A stretch of 64,000 bases of DNA. Origin: Candidatus Limnocylindria bacterium. GTDB taxonomy: Bacteria; Chloroflexota; Limnocylindria; QHBO01. Below, piece by piece: positions 26,382 to 35,973 of this stretch (its first letter is position 1; the number at the start of each line of letters is the position of its first letter). The DNA lies in NCBI GenBank assembly GCA_035701185.1, contig DASSNX010000169.1, positions 1,138 through 65,137 of the forward strand, written 5' to 3'. The position numbers were made by a program, and so were the translations under genes. The notes beneath the pieces were generated by a model. It ran no database searches, was not told the origin of the DNA, and worked only from the letters and a program-made list of their open reading frames with translations.

Positions 26382-26457
26382 GCGCCGGTAGCTCAGTGGA
26401 TAGAGCGTCGGCCTCCGGAGCCGAAGGTCGCAGGTTCGAATCCTGTCCGGCGCGCCA
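26382..26457 (+). tRNA. tRNA-Arg (anticodon CCG)
   Basis: GCGCCGG-TA-GCTCAGTGGATAGAGC-G-TCGGC CTCCGGA GCCGA-AGGTC-GCAGGTTCGAATCCTGT-CCGGCGC-G-CCA. Confidence 0.9.
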
Positions 26458-26462
26458 GTTCC

Positions 26463-26846
26463 CTAGAAGTGCTCCTCGTCCGGATCGTGGCGCTCGTCGC
26501 CACCGAGGATCGTTTCCGCGCCTGCCGGTCGCTCCGCTGGCGGCACGGCCCGCTCCTCCATCCGGTACGCCGGGTCGTCTGCGCTGAGCCCGGTGCCCGA
26601 GCCGTAGCCACCCGACCGCGTCGACTGCGGCTTGTCGTCGCTGACCGGCTCCGGTCCGGCCGCTCCGGCGGGGCCGCCGACACCGTGCTCGGCCGCCTGC
26701 CGATGCAGCTCACCGGTCACCTGCCGCGCCCCGTCGGGATCGCTGATCTCTCGTGTCTCGGCCGGGACGAACTCGTCGCCCGGGTCCGAGGGAGTGAGGC
26801 TGCCGGTGGCCCCGGTCAGCCCACCCTGCTCTCGGTCTTCTCGCAT
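26463..26846 (-). CDS. Hypothetical acidic, predicted-disordered protein
   Basis: 127-aa ORF with a GGGAGG SD before ATG 26846; D/E/G-rich. Confidence 0.45.
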   Translation of the reverse strand: MREDREQGGLTGATGSLTPSDPGDEFVPAETREISDPDGARQVTGELHRQAAEHGVGGPAGAAGPEPVSDDKPQSTRSGGYGSGTGLSADDPAYRMEERAVPPAERPAGAETILGGDERHDPDEEHF

Positions 26847-26856
26847 GGTGCCTCCC

Positions 26857-27321
26857 TCAGCGCGCCGAGGGGCTCTCCACGTTCCCGCGCCACGCGCCGG
26901 TCGGCTCACCACGGCCGGTGATGTACTTGCTGAACCGATCGAGGTCCTCCTCGACCTGGCGATCGAGCACGCCCGCCCAGTCGCCCACGGTCTCGATCGG
27001 CCCTTCCGGCTCGACGTCGAGCTGCAGCGTGACCCGGGTGTGGTCGTCGTCCAGGCGATGGAAGGTCACCACGCCGGCGTTCGGGGCGCCGCTGGTGCTC
27101 TTCCAGGCCACCCGCTCGTCGGGATGCTGCTCGGTGATCTCGGCATCCCACTCCTTGGTGACGCCGGCGATCTCCGCCTTCCAGTGCAGGTGTGTGTCGT
27201 CGAGCTGGCGGACCTCCTTGACGCCCTCCATGAAGCGCGGGAACTCCTCGAACTGGGTCCACTGGTCGTACGCCGCCCGAATCGGCACGTTGACGTCCAC
27301 GGACTTGGTGACGGTGCTCAT
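26857..27321 (-). CDS. SRPBCC (polyketide cyclase/dehydrase, Bet v1-like) family protein
   Basis: VNVPIRAAYDQWTQFEEFPRFMEGVKEV START-domain-like N-terminus; GGGAGGAG SD before ATG 27321. Confidence 0.7.
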   Translation of the reverse strand: MSTVTKSVDVNVPIRAAYDQWTQFEEFPRFMEGVKEVRQLDDTHLHWKAEIAGVTKEWDAEITEQHPDERVAWKSTSGAPNAGVVTFHRLDDDHTRVTLQLDVEPEGPIETVGDWAGVLDRQVEEDLDRFSKYITGRGEPTGAWRGNVESPSAR

Positions 27322-27458
27322 CTGGATAGCTCCTCCCGGTCTCGGTAATTGATTTCCTTGTGCGCCGATGGCCGGGGTGCAAGCGGCGGGCCAGAAGAAG
27401 CGGCACGGCTGATGCATCGGCTCCGAGGCAGCAACCTCGCACGGGAGCACCACACACC

Positions 27459-27626
27459 ATGCCAGCCGGCAGCAGCAAGAAGCGAGAGCGCCAGTACGAG
27501 CACATCAAGGAGTCGTACAAGGATCGCGGCGTGAGCACCGATGAGGCCGAGGAGCGCGCCGCGCGCACCGTGAACAAGGAGCGCCGCGAGCACGGCGAGG
27601 CCAACGGATCGAAGAAGAAGTCCTGA
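27459..27626 (+). CDS. Small hydrophilic basic protein (55 aa), hypothetical
   Basis: MPAGSSKKRERQYEHIKESYKDRGVSTDEAEERAARTVNKERREHGEANGSKKKS; GGGAG upstream. Confidence 0.4.
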   Translation: MPAGSSKKRERQYEHIKESYKDRGVSTDEAEERAARTVNKERREHGEANGSKKKS

Positions 27627-27653
27627 CTGGCGCGCATCCGCCATCATCGGTGG

Positions 27654-28679
27654 ATGCAGCCTGCGCTCGTCCTGCGCGATCGCGCCGCCCGGGAGGCCGA
27701 TGAGGATCGGCTCAGTCCCGCCGCCATGCGGTCCGCGGCGTCGCGCGGCCGCGTCCGGCGGGAGGAGCCGGACGAGCTGCGGACCGCCTTCGAGCGGGAT
27801 CGCGACCGGATCATCCACGCCAAGGCCTTCCGCCGGCTGAAGCACAAGACCCAGGTCTTCGTGAATCCCGATGGCGACCATTACGTCACGCGCCTGACCC
27901 ACACCCTGCACGTCGCCCAGATCGCCCGGGCGCTGGCCGCCGGCCTCAGCCTCAACGAGCCGCTGGCCGAGGCGATCGCCCTCGGCCACGACGTCGGGCA
28001 CACGCCGTTCGGCCACACCGGCGAAGAGGCGCTGTCACCGTACTTCCCGCCTGAGGGCTGGCACCACGCCGCCCAGAGCGTTCGCATCTTCGAGGTGCTC
28101 GAGGACCTGAACCTGACGTGGGAGGTGCGGGACGGCATCCGCGCGCACTCCTGGAAGATCAGCCCGCCGCCGGCGACCCAGGAGGCGCTCTGCATCCGCT
28201 ATGCCGACCGCATCGCCTACCTGACCCACGACGCGCTGGACGCGATCCGGGCCGGCGTCCTGTCCACCGGCGCGTTTCCGGCGGCGGTGAGGCAGCGCTT
28301 CGGCGAGCCGGGCCGGGCGTGGATCGGTGAGATGATCGACGCCGTGATCTCCCGCTCCGTGCAGGTGGGCGAGGTTCAGATGGATGCCGAGACCCTGGGC
28401 GTCATGAACGAGCTGCGCGACTTCATGTTCGAGCGCGTCTACCTGGCGACCGACCAGATGGCGCACCAGCAGCGTGCAATCGCCGTGCTCCAAGCCCTGA
28501 TGGAGCATCACCTCGCCCACCCCGACGAGATCCCGCCCAGCTATCGCCAGGATGCCGCGCCACTCGTCATGCAGGCCGCCGACTACGTGGCAGGCATGAC
28601 CGACCGCTACGCGCTGGCCACCTACGCGCGCGTCTTCGGAGCCGATGCCGCCGCCGCCACGGGGCTGCCGGGCGCCTGA
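27654..28679 (+). CDS. dGTP triphosphohydrolase-like HD-domain protein
   Basis: FERDRDRIIHAKAFRRLKHKTQVF and HD motif (GHDVGHTPFGH) typical of Dgt-like proteins. Confidence 0.85.
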   Translation: MQPALVLRDRAAREADEDRLSPAAMRSAASRGRVRREEPDELRTAFERDRDRIIHAKAFRRLKHKTQVFVNPDGDHYVTRLTHTLHVAQIARALAAGLSLNEPLAEAIALGHDVGHTPFGHTGEEALSPYFPPEGWHHAAQSVRIFEVLEDLNLTWEVRDGIRAHSWKISPPPATQEALCIRYADRIAYLTHDALDAIRAGVLSTGAFPAAVRQRFGEPGRAWIGEMIDAVISRSVQVGEVQMDAETLGVMNELRDFMFERVYLATDQMAHQQRAIAVLQALMEHHLAHPDEIPPSYRQDAAPLVMQAADYVAGMTDRYALATYARVFGADAAAATGLPGA

Positions 28680-29623
28680 CCGGGTGGCGCGAAGATCCGC
28701 AGGGCAGCCGGCTGGACGGCGAACACCACTGGAGTGATGCCGATGGGCTCGCCGTCGGCGTGGGCCGGCAGCGCGCGACGGCGGCCGACGACCGTTACCC
28801 GCCTGGCGGAGAGGCGCTTGACGCGCGGCTCGCGCCGCGGCCGGTTGCGCGCCACCGCCAGGTAGTGACGCAGGACGTCCAGGGTCGTCATCCCGGAGAA
28901 GACGACGAGGTCGAGCTCGCCGTCGGCGGGATCGGCCTCCGGCGCCAGGGCGAAGCCGAACCCGTAGTACGGCCCGTTGCAGGCGGTGACCGCCGGCGCG
29001 CCGGTCCGCAGCCGCCGCCCGTCGACCGTCAACAGCATCCCGGTTCGGCGCCGGCGCAATGCTCGCCACGCCGCCCGCACCGCGCGCCACGCGCCATAGC
29101 GGTCGCCGACGGCCACGGCGCCGAAGCCGGCCGCATCCAGGCCCACGCCGGCGGCCTCGAAGAAGGCGGCCGCGTTCGCGGGCGGCCGCTCGTCGTCATC
29201 CGCGCCGGAGGCGTGCCACGCCACGCCCGCGTCGACCAACCGCGGGGCGCCGGTGGCGATGATCCGCAGGGCGTCCGGCTCCTCGCGGGGCAGGCCCCAG
29301 CCGGTGGCGATGTTGTTCCACGACCCGCGCGGCACGACGCCGAGCGTCGCGTCGCTGCCCACCAGCGCCGCGGCCACGGGCCGGACGGTGCCGTCCCCAC
29401 CGGCCACTGCCACGTCCCACTCCTTGGCGATGGCCTCGGCGGCCAGGGCAGCGGCGTCGTCGTCCTCGGCCAGGACGTGGAGCTGGACGCGCAGGCCGTG
29501 GCCCGTCAGCTGCTGCTGCATCTCCTCCGGCTCGAGCGGCGGATGGTCGGTTGCCGGCGAGGCGGGCTTGCCGCCGGAGACCGGGTTCACGAGCAGCAGC
29601 AGGGGCCGCCGGCCGTCACTCAT
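28622..29623 (-). CDS. Diacylglycerol kinase catalytic-domain family lipid kinase (YegS/BmrU-like)
   Basis: LLLLVNPVSGG...VAVAGGDGTV motif; ATG at 29623 overlaps the upstream gene's stop (ATGAGTGA). Confidence 0.75.
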   Translation of the reverse strand: MSDGRRPLLLLVNPVSGGKPASPATDHPPLEPEEMQQQLTGHGLRVQLHVLAEDDDAAALAAEAIAKEWDVAVAGGDGTVRPVAAALVGSDATLGVVPRGSWNNIATGWGLPREEPDALRIIATGAPRLVDAGVAWHASGADDDERPPANAAAFFEAAGVGLDAAGFGAVAVGDRYGAWRAVRAAWRALRRRRTGMLLTVDGRRLRTGAPAVTACNGPYYGFGFALAPEADPADGELDLVVFSGMTTLDVLRHYLAVARNRPRREPRVKRLSARRVTVVGRRRALPAHADGEPIGITPVVFAVQPAALRIFAPPGQAPGSPVAAAASAPKTRA

Positions 29624-29993
29624 CGGTCGCCGACGGCAGCGGGGTCCGCGTGACGCCGTCCCAGGCAAAGGTCTGGAAGGTGCCGTCGTTGCAGTCCATG
29701 GCGACGGTGCGCGGCCGGTCCGCGGCCGCGCTCGAGCGCGCGCTGCCCGGCGGTCCGTACACGGTGCGGGTGGTCAGGCCGATGAAGGTCGACCCGATGT
29801 TCACCGCCGGTCCGCCGACCTCGAAGGCCGGCGATGGTGCCGGGGTGCCATCGGCCAGGTAGAGGCGATCGGCCCATTGCAGGTTGGCCGGACAGCCGGC
29901 CTGGTCGCGGAAGGCGACATTCATGCCGATCAGGCCGATGACCAGGAAGCCGCCGAAGATCGCGCCCAGGCAGCCAATGGCGCGCCAGTTCAC
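29616..29993 (-). CDS. Small membrane-anchored hypothetical protein, co-transcribed with the lipid kinase
   Basis: N-terminal TM (AIGCLGAIFGGFLVIGLIGM); stop overlaps the dagK-like start. Confidence 0.45.
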   Translation of the reverse strand: MNWRAIGCLGAIFGGFLVIGLIGMNVAFRDQAGCPANLQWADRLYLADGTPAPSPAFEVGGPAVNIGSTFIGLTTRTVYGPPGSARSSAAADRPRTVAMDCNDGTFQTFAWDGVTRTPLPSATDE

Positions 29994-30000
29994 GAGCGCC

Positions 30001-30294
30001 TCACTGGCGGTTGATCTGGAAGCGGTGGAACTCGCCGGACGCCGGCTCCCGCCGCGCCTGGACGTCGTCGACCTGGGCCGCGCTCGGCCCGCGCCACAGC
30101 AGCTGCTGCAGCTCGTCCAGGTCGTCGGGCAGGCCCTCCGCCACCACCAGGAGGCCGCGCTCGTCGTCGTCGTTCATGACCCAGCCGGTCAGCCCCAGGT
30201 CGTCGGCCCGGGAACGGACCCACCAGCGGAAGCCGACGCCCTGGACGCGGCCGGTCACCCGGGCCGTCAGCCGCTGGTGGTCGGTCACGGCCAC
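30001..30294 (-). CDS. acyP: Acylphosphatase
   Basis: VTGRVQGVGFR...GLTGWVMNDDDERGLLVVAEG acylphosphatase signatures; GTG start overlaps the holB stop. Confidence 0.8.
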   Translation of the reverse strand: MAVTDHQRLTARVTGRVQGVGFRWWVRSRADDLGLTGWVMNDDDERGLLVVAEGLPDDLDELQQLLWRGPSAAQVDDVQARREPASGEFHRFQINRQ

Positions 30295-31382
30295 GCCAGC
30301 ATGGCGCGCTCGAGCGCCAGGCGCGGGGCCGCGTTGGCCCGCAGCCCCTCGGCGATTCGCTCCAGCAGGTTGATGAACGCCACCAGCGCCTCGTCGTCCA
30401 CGGTTTGCGCGGCCTCGCTGAGCTCGACCGCGTGGCTGGCGCCGGCAACGTCCGGGCGCCCGGCGCGCACCATCAGCAGGTCGCGGGCCAGCGCCCGCCA
30501 CGCCTCGACGATGAGCATTGCTGCCGCGCGCTGCGCGGCGCCGGCCAGCCGCACCGGTTCCTCGTCGGCGACCGCCTCGACCGGCTCGGCCGGAGGAGCG
30601 CCCAAGGCCGCGGCCGCGTCCAGCAGCTCGCGCGCAGAGGCGAAACGATCCGCCCGGCCGCGACCCACCAGATGCAGCAGCTCCGCCTGGGTGCGGCGCC
30701 GCCACTCGAGCAGTGACGGGTTGCGGGCGTAACCGATGGCCCGACCGGTGAGGCCATCCGAGATCCGGGCGAGAGCCTCGGCCTGGTCGGCCGGCAGCCG
30801 CTCACGATCCATCAGCAGCTCACGCAGCTGGGCGACGCCGATCGGGCCGACCCGCAGCGGCGTGGCGCGCGAGCGGATGGTGGGCAGCAGGCTGGCCACC
30901 TCCTGGGCAACGAGGATGAACATCTGCCGTGGCGCCGGCTCCTCGAGCGCCTTGAGCATGGCGTTCTGAATCCCCTCGTTCGCGTGGTCGGCAGCCTCGA
31001 TCAGGACGACCCGCACCTCGCCGGCGACGGGCGAGGTGGCGGTGGCCAGCAGCCAGCGTCGCGCGGAGGCCACGATGCTCTCACCGGTGCCGCGGGACTC
31101 GCGCCAGGCCGTCGGCGAACCGATCAGCAGGTCTGGGTGAGTCCGCGCCCGCGCATCGCGGCAGCCACGACAGGCGTTGCATGGCCGGTGCGCTGCGTCC
31201 GGGGCCTGGCAGAAGAGGAGCGCCAACAGGTCGTCCACGAAGGCGCCCTTGCCCGCGCCGGCCGGCCCGTGGACGAGGATCGTGCGCTGCAGCCTGCCCG
31301 CCCTCGCCGCGCGTTGGGCGATGGTCCGCGCGACATGCTGGCCGACGGAGAGGAAGCCGGGTTCGGGGGCGGCGATCGCCAT
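30285..31382 (-). CDS. holB: DNA polymerase III subunit delta'
   Basis: ILVHGPAGAGKGAFV Walker A-like and the CNACRGCR zinc module typical of delta'; start at internal ATG 31382. Confidence 0.75.
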   Translation of the reverse strand: MAIAAPEPGFLSVGQHVARTIAQRAARAGRLQRTILVHGPAGAGKGAFVDDLLALLFCQAPDAAHRPCNACRGCRDARARTHPDLLIGSPTAWRESRGTGESIVASARRWLLATATSPVAGEVRVVLIEAADHANEGIQNAMLKALEEPAPRQMFILVAQEVASLLPTIRSRATPLRVGPIGVAQLRELLMDRERLPADQAEALARISDGLTGRAIGYARNPSLLEWRRRTQAELLHLVGRGRADRFASARELLDAAAALGAPPAEPVEAVADEEPVRLAGAAQRAAAMLIVEAWRALARDLLMVRAGRPDVAGASHAVELSEAAQTVDDEALVAFINLLERIAEGLRANAAPRLALERAMLAWP

Positions 31383-31617
31383 CCGCCGGAGTGTATCGGA
31401 GCCCACTGCGGCCGTCCGGTAAGCCGCCGGTAACGGCCCGATGAGGCGTCGGCCTGATGCTGCGTGGACGATGCCCGGCGGGTCGCTGCAGGGCACGCCG
31501 CGCTGGCGGCCGGCTGGCAACCGGATCCGCCCGTCAAGGAGGCGACCCGCACGGGCGCCATGCCCCGGTGGCATACTTCGTGCACCGATTTCTGCCCGAC
31601 TCAACGAGGAGGACGAC

Positions 31618-32283
31618 ATGGCCGATGAGGTGCCGACTCGGGTCCGCTCGATGGTCGAGAGGGTGCTCGAGGCAGACGTGACGGACCAGATTGCGAAGCG
31701 TGGCCAGGAGCTGGCCAGAGCCGTCGGCCAGGCGACCGAATCGGTCTCTCAGCGTGCCGAAGAGGCGTGGCAGGACTCCGCGCCGCAGCGCCGTGAGGCG
31801 GAGAAGGCGGCACGCCGCGCGAGCCGCGACGCGATCAAGTGGGGCCGCCGCACCTGGCAGCGTGACCTGCGACCGAACCTCCGCGACCTGTGGAGCCGAC
31901 GCGCGACGGCGCTGGCAGCGGCCGGTGCCGCGGTGCCGGCCGGCCGCGAGCTGGTGGACGACGCCGCGGTGCGACTGGGCATCCGCAAGCGCCGCGAGCA
32001 GCGCCACTGGATGGCCTTCTTCATCGGTCTCCTGATCGGCGCCGCGGTCGGTGCGGTGGTGGCGATCCTGACCACGCCGAAGCCCGGCCGCGAGATGCGC
32101 GACGAGCTGGCCGGTCGCGCCCGCGACGCCGCGGACAAGGCCCGTGAAGCGGCCGGTGCCAGCGACTGGGTGCCGCTCTTCCAGCGCCCCGACGGCAACG
32201 GCGCGGCCGAGGGCATGCCCGAGGGCGAGCCGAGCAGCGCCGCCGATACCGCTGCCCCGGATGAGGCCGAGCAGCCGAACTGA
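31618..32283 (+). CDS. YtxH-like membrane-anchored protein
   Basis: WMAFFIGLLIGAAVGAVVAILTTPKPGREMRDEL matches the YtxH motif; GAGGAGG SD before ATG 31618. Confidence 0.55.
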   Translation: MADEVPTRVRSMVERVLEADVTDQIAKRGQELARAVGQATESVSQRAEEAWQDSAPQRREAEKAARRASRDAIKWGRRTWQRDLRPNLRDLWSRRATALAAAGAAVPAGRELVDDAAVRLGIRKRREQRHWMAFFIGLLIGAAVGAVVAILTTPKPGREMRDELAGRARDAADKAREAAGASDWVPLFQRPDGNGAAEGMPEGEPSSAADTAAPDEAEQPN

Positions 32284-32376
32284 CCTGGCAGCCCCGCGGT
32301 TAGCACGAACGCCGGCCCCATGCGGGGCCGGCGTTCTTCATCTCGAGGATCGGGCGCGGTGTCGGCGCCCGCGGTG

Positions 32377-33792
32377 CTAGCTCGTCGTGCCGCCGCCGCG
32401 CGCCGAGCGGAACCGCTGCCAGATGCCCTGGCTCTCCCCCTCTTCACCGCCCTCGGCCGGCTGCTCCTCGGCCTTCTTCGGGCGCGAGCGGCGCGCCGGC
32501 TTGGCATCCCCGTCCTTGGCTGCCTTGGTCGCGCCGGCCGACTTGGCCGTCGCGCCTGCGGCCCGCGTCCGGCGGGCCCGCGGCTTGGCCTGATCGGCGT
32601 CGTCGCCGTCGGTCGACGCCGTCTTTGCGGCCTTGGTGGACTGTGAGCGGCGCGCCGGCTTGGCGGGGGTCTCTTCGTCGACAGGCGCGGCCACGGCGTC
32701 TGCCTTGCGCGCCCGGGACCGACGCCTTGGCGCTGGCTTCTCGGCGGCTGCCGGCGCCTCTGCCACGTCGGACGATTCGGCGGAGACCGCAGCAGCGTCG
32801 CCGTCCAGGATGCCGAGCTCCGCCAGGGTGGCCTCATCGGCCTCCTCGAAGGTGTACTCGCGCTCCTCGCCGGTCTCGTCGGTCAGCGGGCCGACGTTGC
32901 CGAGTTCGTCGATCTGCGAGATGTCGTCGACCTCGGTCCAGCCGATCTCGCTGGCGGGCTCCACCGGCGTCGCCTCGGCCTCCGTCCGGTGGCTGCCGCG
33001 ACCACGACCGCGGCCGCCGCGTCGACGGCGCCGGCGCCGGCCCTCCTCGCCCTCGGCGTGCTCGCCATTGGTCGGAGCGGTGGTGACGGCGGCGGGCTGC
33101 GACGCCGACTCGCCCTTGGGCTCGGCAGCTGCCCGGCCGCGTCCGCGGCCCGAGCGGCCGCCAGCGGCCGGCTTGCCTTCGCGGATCGCCGCCAGCGCAG
33201 CGGCGGCGACGGAGGGCGAGGCCTCACGGAAGCCGAACTCGGGCACGACCTCCTTGGCCGGCATCTCCGGCGCGCTCATGCCCTTGTCGCGACTGGCCGC
33301 AGCGTCCTTCTTGCCGCGGCCGATGCTGGCGATCTTCATGATGTCGATGAACTCATCGGCCACGGCGATGAGGTCGGACGAGGTGTTCGGGCGGAAGCTG
33401 ATCACCTCGCAGCGCACGCCCTCGTCCTGCAGGGCGCGGATGGCGGCGGCGAAGTCGCCGTCGCCCGACACGACCACGGCGATGTCCATCCGCTTCGCGA
33501 GGCGGAACATGTCGACCACCAGCTCGATGTCCAGGTTCGCCTTGACCCGGCCATCGCCGAACTTGCGGATGTCCTTGTGCACGACCTTGTAGCCGTTCTT
33601 GTTCAGGAAGTCGATGAACTTGCGCTGGTTCTCGTTCTCGGGGTCGAGGCCCGAGTAGGCATAGGCACGAATCAGGTCGCGCCCCTTGGTGGCGGCCTTG
33701 AGCAGGGCGACGTAATCGACGTCGACCTCCTGCCCACGAGCCGAGTAGTAGAGGTTGGCCACGTCTACGAAGACGGCCACGTTCTTGCTCAC
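32377..33792 (-). CDS. NYN (LabA-like PIN) domain protein with a long disordered Lys/Arg/Glu-rich C-terminal tail
   Basis: N-terminal VAVFVDVANLYYSARG...VVVSGDGDFAAAI NYN domain; GTG start with AGGAGAAG SD. Confidence 0.7.
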   Translation of the reverse strand: MSKNVAVFVDVANLYYSARGQEVDVDYVALLKAATKGRDLIRAYAYSGLDPENENQRKFIDFLNKNGYKVVHKDIRKFGDGRVKANLDIELVVDMFRLAKRMDIAVVVSGDGDFAAAIRALQDEGVRCEVISFRPNTSSDLIAVADEFIDIMKIASIGRGKKDAAASRDKGMSAPEMPAKEVVPEFGFREASPSVAAAALAAIREGKPAAGGRSGRGRGRAAAEPKGESASQPAAVTTAPTNGEHAEGEEGRRRRRRRGGRGRGRGSHRTEAEATPVEPASEIGWTEVDDISQIDELGNVGPLTDETGEEREYTFEEADEATLAELGILDGDAAAVSAESSDVAEAPAAAEKPAPRRRSRARKADAVAAPVDEETPAKPARRSQSTKAAKTASTDGDDADQAKPRARRTRAAGATAKSAGATKAAKDGDAKPARRSRPKKAEEQPAEGGEEGESQGIWQRFRSARGGGTTS

Positions 33793-33878
33793 GGTTTGAG
33801 CTCTTCTCCTGTGGTGTGTAGTACTGCGGCTGGCGTCAGCGGGATCCCGGCCCGGCGCGCCGATCGGCGATCAGATGA

Positions 33879-34346
33879 TCAACCGATGGCGCGGCTCAGC
33901 AGCACCCCATGTCGCTCGAATCCGACTCCCTTGAGGAGCGTTGACTCGGCAGTCGCCAGGGGATCGGTGATCTCCACGCGCGCACAGCCCTTGTTCCTGG
34001 CCGATGAGATGAGCTGCTCGAGGATCGAGCGACCGACCTCTGATCGACCGGAGGCGCTCGCCGCCGTCGCTCGCGTCGCCCGTTCCGGTGGTCCCTCCAG
34101 GCCCAGCTCGTCGATCACGCCGACGAAGGCACCGGTACGAACCGTGGGACGGATCGAGAGAACTCCGACCCCGATCACCCGTCGATCTGCCTCGGCAACC
34201 ACGACGGTTGCGGCTGGCAGATAGAGCAGGCTTCGGAGCCGATCGGCGTCGCCGCGCTGCTCGCCCGGTGCATCGCCATCGCGCATCAGAAGACGCATTG
34301 CGGTGTCGATGTCGGTGAGGCGGGCGCTGCGGACGTGAAACTCCAC
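33879..34346 (-). CDS. GNAT family N-acetyltransferase
   Basis: Acetyl-CoA-binding-like region RVIGVGVL...GVIDELG and overall GNAT layout. Confidence 0.65.
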   Translation of the reverse strand: MEFHVRSARLTDIDTAMRLLMRDGDAPGEQRGDADRLRSLLYLPAATVVVAEADRRVIGVGVLSIRPTVRTGAFVGVIDELGLEGPPERATRATAASASGRSEVGRSILEQLISSARNKGCARVEITDPLATAESTLLKGVGFERHGVLLSRAIG

Positions 34347-34559
34347 GGAGGCCTCTCGGGAGCGATGCGCAGCGCGATGGCTGCGAGACGTACCCGCAAC
34401 AGTCTATCACGCATCAGGGCCACCGGCCCGACACGGCGGCGCGAGGGTGGACCCAATCCATCAAGAACCTTGCGCACGCCGCAAGGCCGCCACTATGATG
34501 CGCCCCACCTTTCATGGGCAGCGTGCTTGCGCGCCCCCGAGCATCTGGAGGAGTACCGC

Positions 34560-35837
34560 ATGCAGAAGCACTTGCGATGGATTGCCATCCTCGCGGTCAC
34601 GCTGCTCGCCGTTGCCGCCTGCACCCCCACCGGGAGCAGCACGACTTCGGCTGGCGCGAGCGCGAGCTCTGGCGCAAGCGGCGGCGGCGCCGCGGCTGCG
34701 TGTGCAGCCGACAAGTTCGGCTGTGTCACCGTCGAAGCCGGCGCGCCGATCACCATCGGCACCGCGCTCGTCATCTCCGGCGCGAACAGCTCCCTCGGCC
34801 TCGACAGCCAGTACGGCGCCCAGGTTGCCGTCGACCTCCGCGGCCAGGTCCTTGGCCACGACGTCGAGCTCGACAACCAGGACGATGGCTGCAGCGCCGA
34901 TGGCGGCACCGCCTCGGCCAACCTGCTCAAGAGCAAGCCGGAGATCGTGGCGGTCCTCGGCACCAGCTGCTCGAGCGCTGGTGAGCCCGCGGCGCAGATT
35001 CTGAGCGAGGCCGGGATCCTGATCGTCTCCCCGTCCAACACGGCACCGTCCCTGACGGACCCGGCGACGCATCAGCCGTTCTACGCGCGCACCGCGCACA
35101 ACGACAAGATCCAGGGCGCCGCGATGGCGCAGTTCGCCTGCGAAGTGCTGAAGGTCAAGAGCGCGGCCACCATCCACGATGGCAGCCCGTACGCCCAGCA
35201 GCTGCAGCAGGTCTTCGCCGACAACTTCAAGTCGCAGTGCGACGGCGCGATCACCGACCAGGAAGCCATCACCGTCGGGCAGACCGACTTCGCCAGCGTC
35301 CTGGCCAAGATCGCGACCAGCAACAACGGCAAGGCGCCTGACTTCCTGTACTACCCGATCTTCATCGCCGAGGGTGCCCTGATCACCCAGCAGGCGGCCC
35401 AGAACTCCGACCTGGACAACACGATTCGGGCCGGTGCCGACGGCATCTTCAGCCCCGACTTCGTCAAGGCGGCAGGTGACGGCGCCGAGGGGATGTACTT
35501 CTCGGGTCCGGACCTTGCCTTCTCGGGCAACTTCTACGAGGACACGTTCCTGCCCAAGTACCGCGAGGTCTCGGGCGAGGACGAGCCCACCGCTCCGTTC
35601 CACGCGCACTCGTACGATGCGATCAACATGATCCTGGACGCGGTCCAGAAGGTCGCCATCGACGAGAACGGCACGCTCTCGATCCCGCGCACCGCGCTGC
35701 GTGACGCCTTCTTCGCGACCTCCGGGTACAAGGGCATCACCGGCACGCTGACGTGCGACGAGAACGGTGACTGCGCCGACGCGAAGATCTCCGTCTCGCA
35801 GCTCAAGAACGGCAAGTACGTCCGGATCTGGCCGTAG
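34560..35837 (+). CDS. livK: Branched-chain amino acid ABC transporter substrate-binding lipoprotein (LivK/LivJ family)
   Basis: Lipobox LLAVAACT; periplasmic binding protein type I fold; GGAGGAG SD. Confidence 0.85.
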   Translation: MQKHLRWIAILAVTLLAVAACTPTGSSTTSAGASASSGASGGGAAAACAADKFGCVTVEAGAPITIGTALVISGANSSLGLDSQYGAQVAVDLRGQVLGHDVELDNQDDGCSADGGTASANLLKSKPEIVAVLGTSCSSAGEPAAQILSEAGILIVSPSNTAPSLTDPATHQPFYARTAHNDKIQGAAMAQFACEVLKVKSAATIHDGSPYAQQLQQVFADNFKSQCDGAITDQEAITVGQTDFASVLAKIATSNNGKAPDFLYYPIFIAEGALITQQAAQNSDLDNTIRAGADGIFSPDFVKAAGDGAEGMYFSGPDLAFSGNFYEDTFLPKYREVSGEDEPTAPFHAHSYDAINMILDAVQKVAIDENGTLSIPRTALRDAFFATSGYKGITGTLTCDENGDCADAKISVSQLKNGKYVRIWP

Positions 35838-35864
35838 CCTGATCCGACCCGACCGATAGAACCC

Positions 35865-35946
35865 GGTGCGGGTGGGCCACCACGGCTCACCCGCATCGTC
35901 TATCACCCGCATCGTTAATCACCCGCATCGCTTATCCCCCGCATCC
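35865..35946. repeat. Hairpin plus four tandem ~16-bp repeats (TCACCCGCATCG core) between livK and livH
   Basis: GGTGCGGGTG...CACCCGCATCG hairpin followed by copies at 35887, 35903, 35919 and a degenerate copy at 35935. Confidence 0.5.
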
Positions 35947-35973
35947 TCAGACCCCACAACTTGAGGACCGAGC

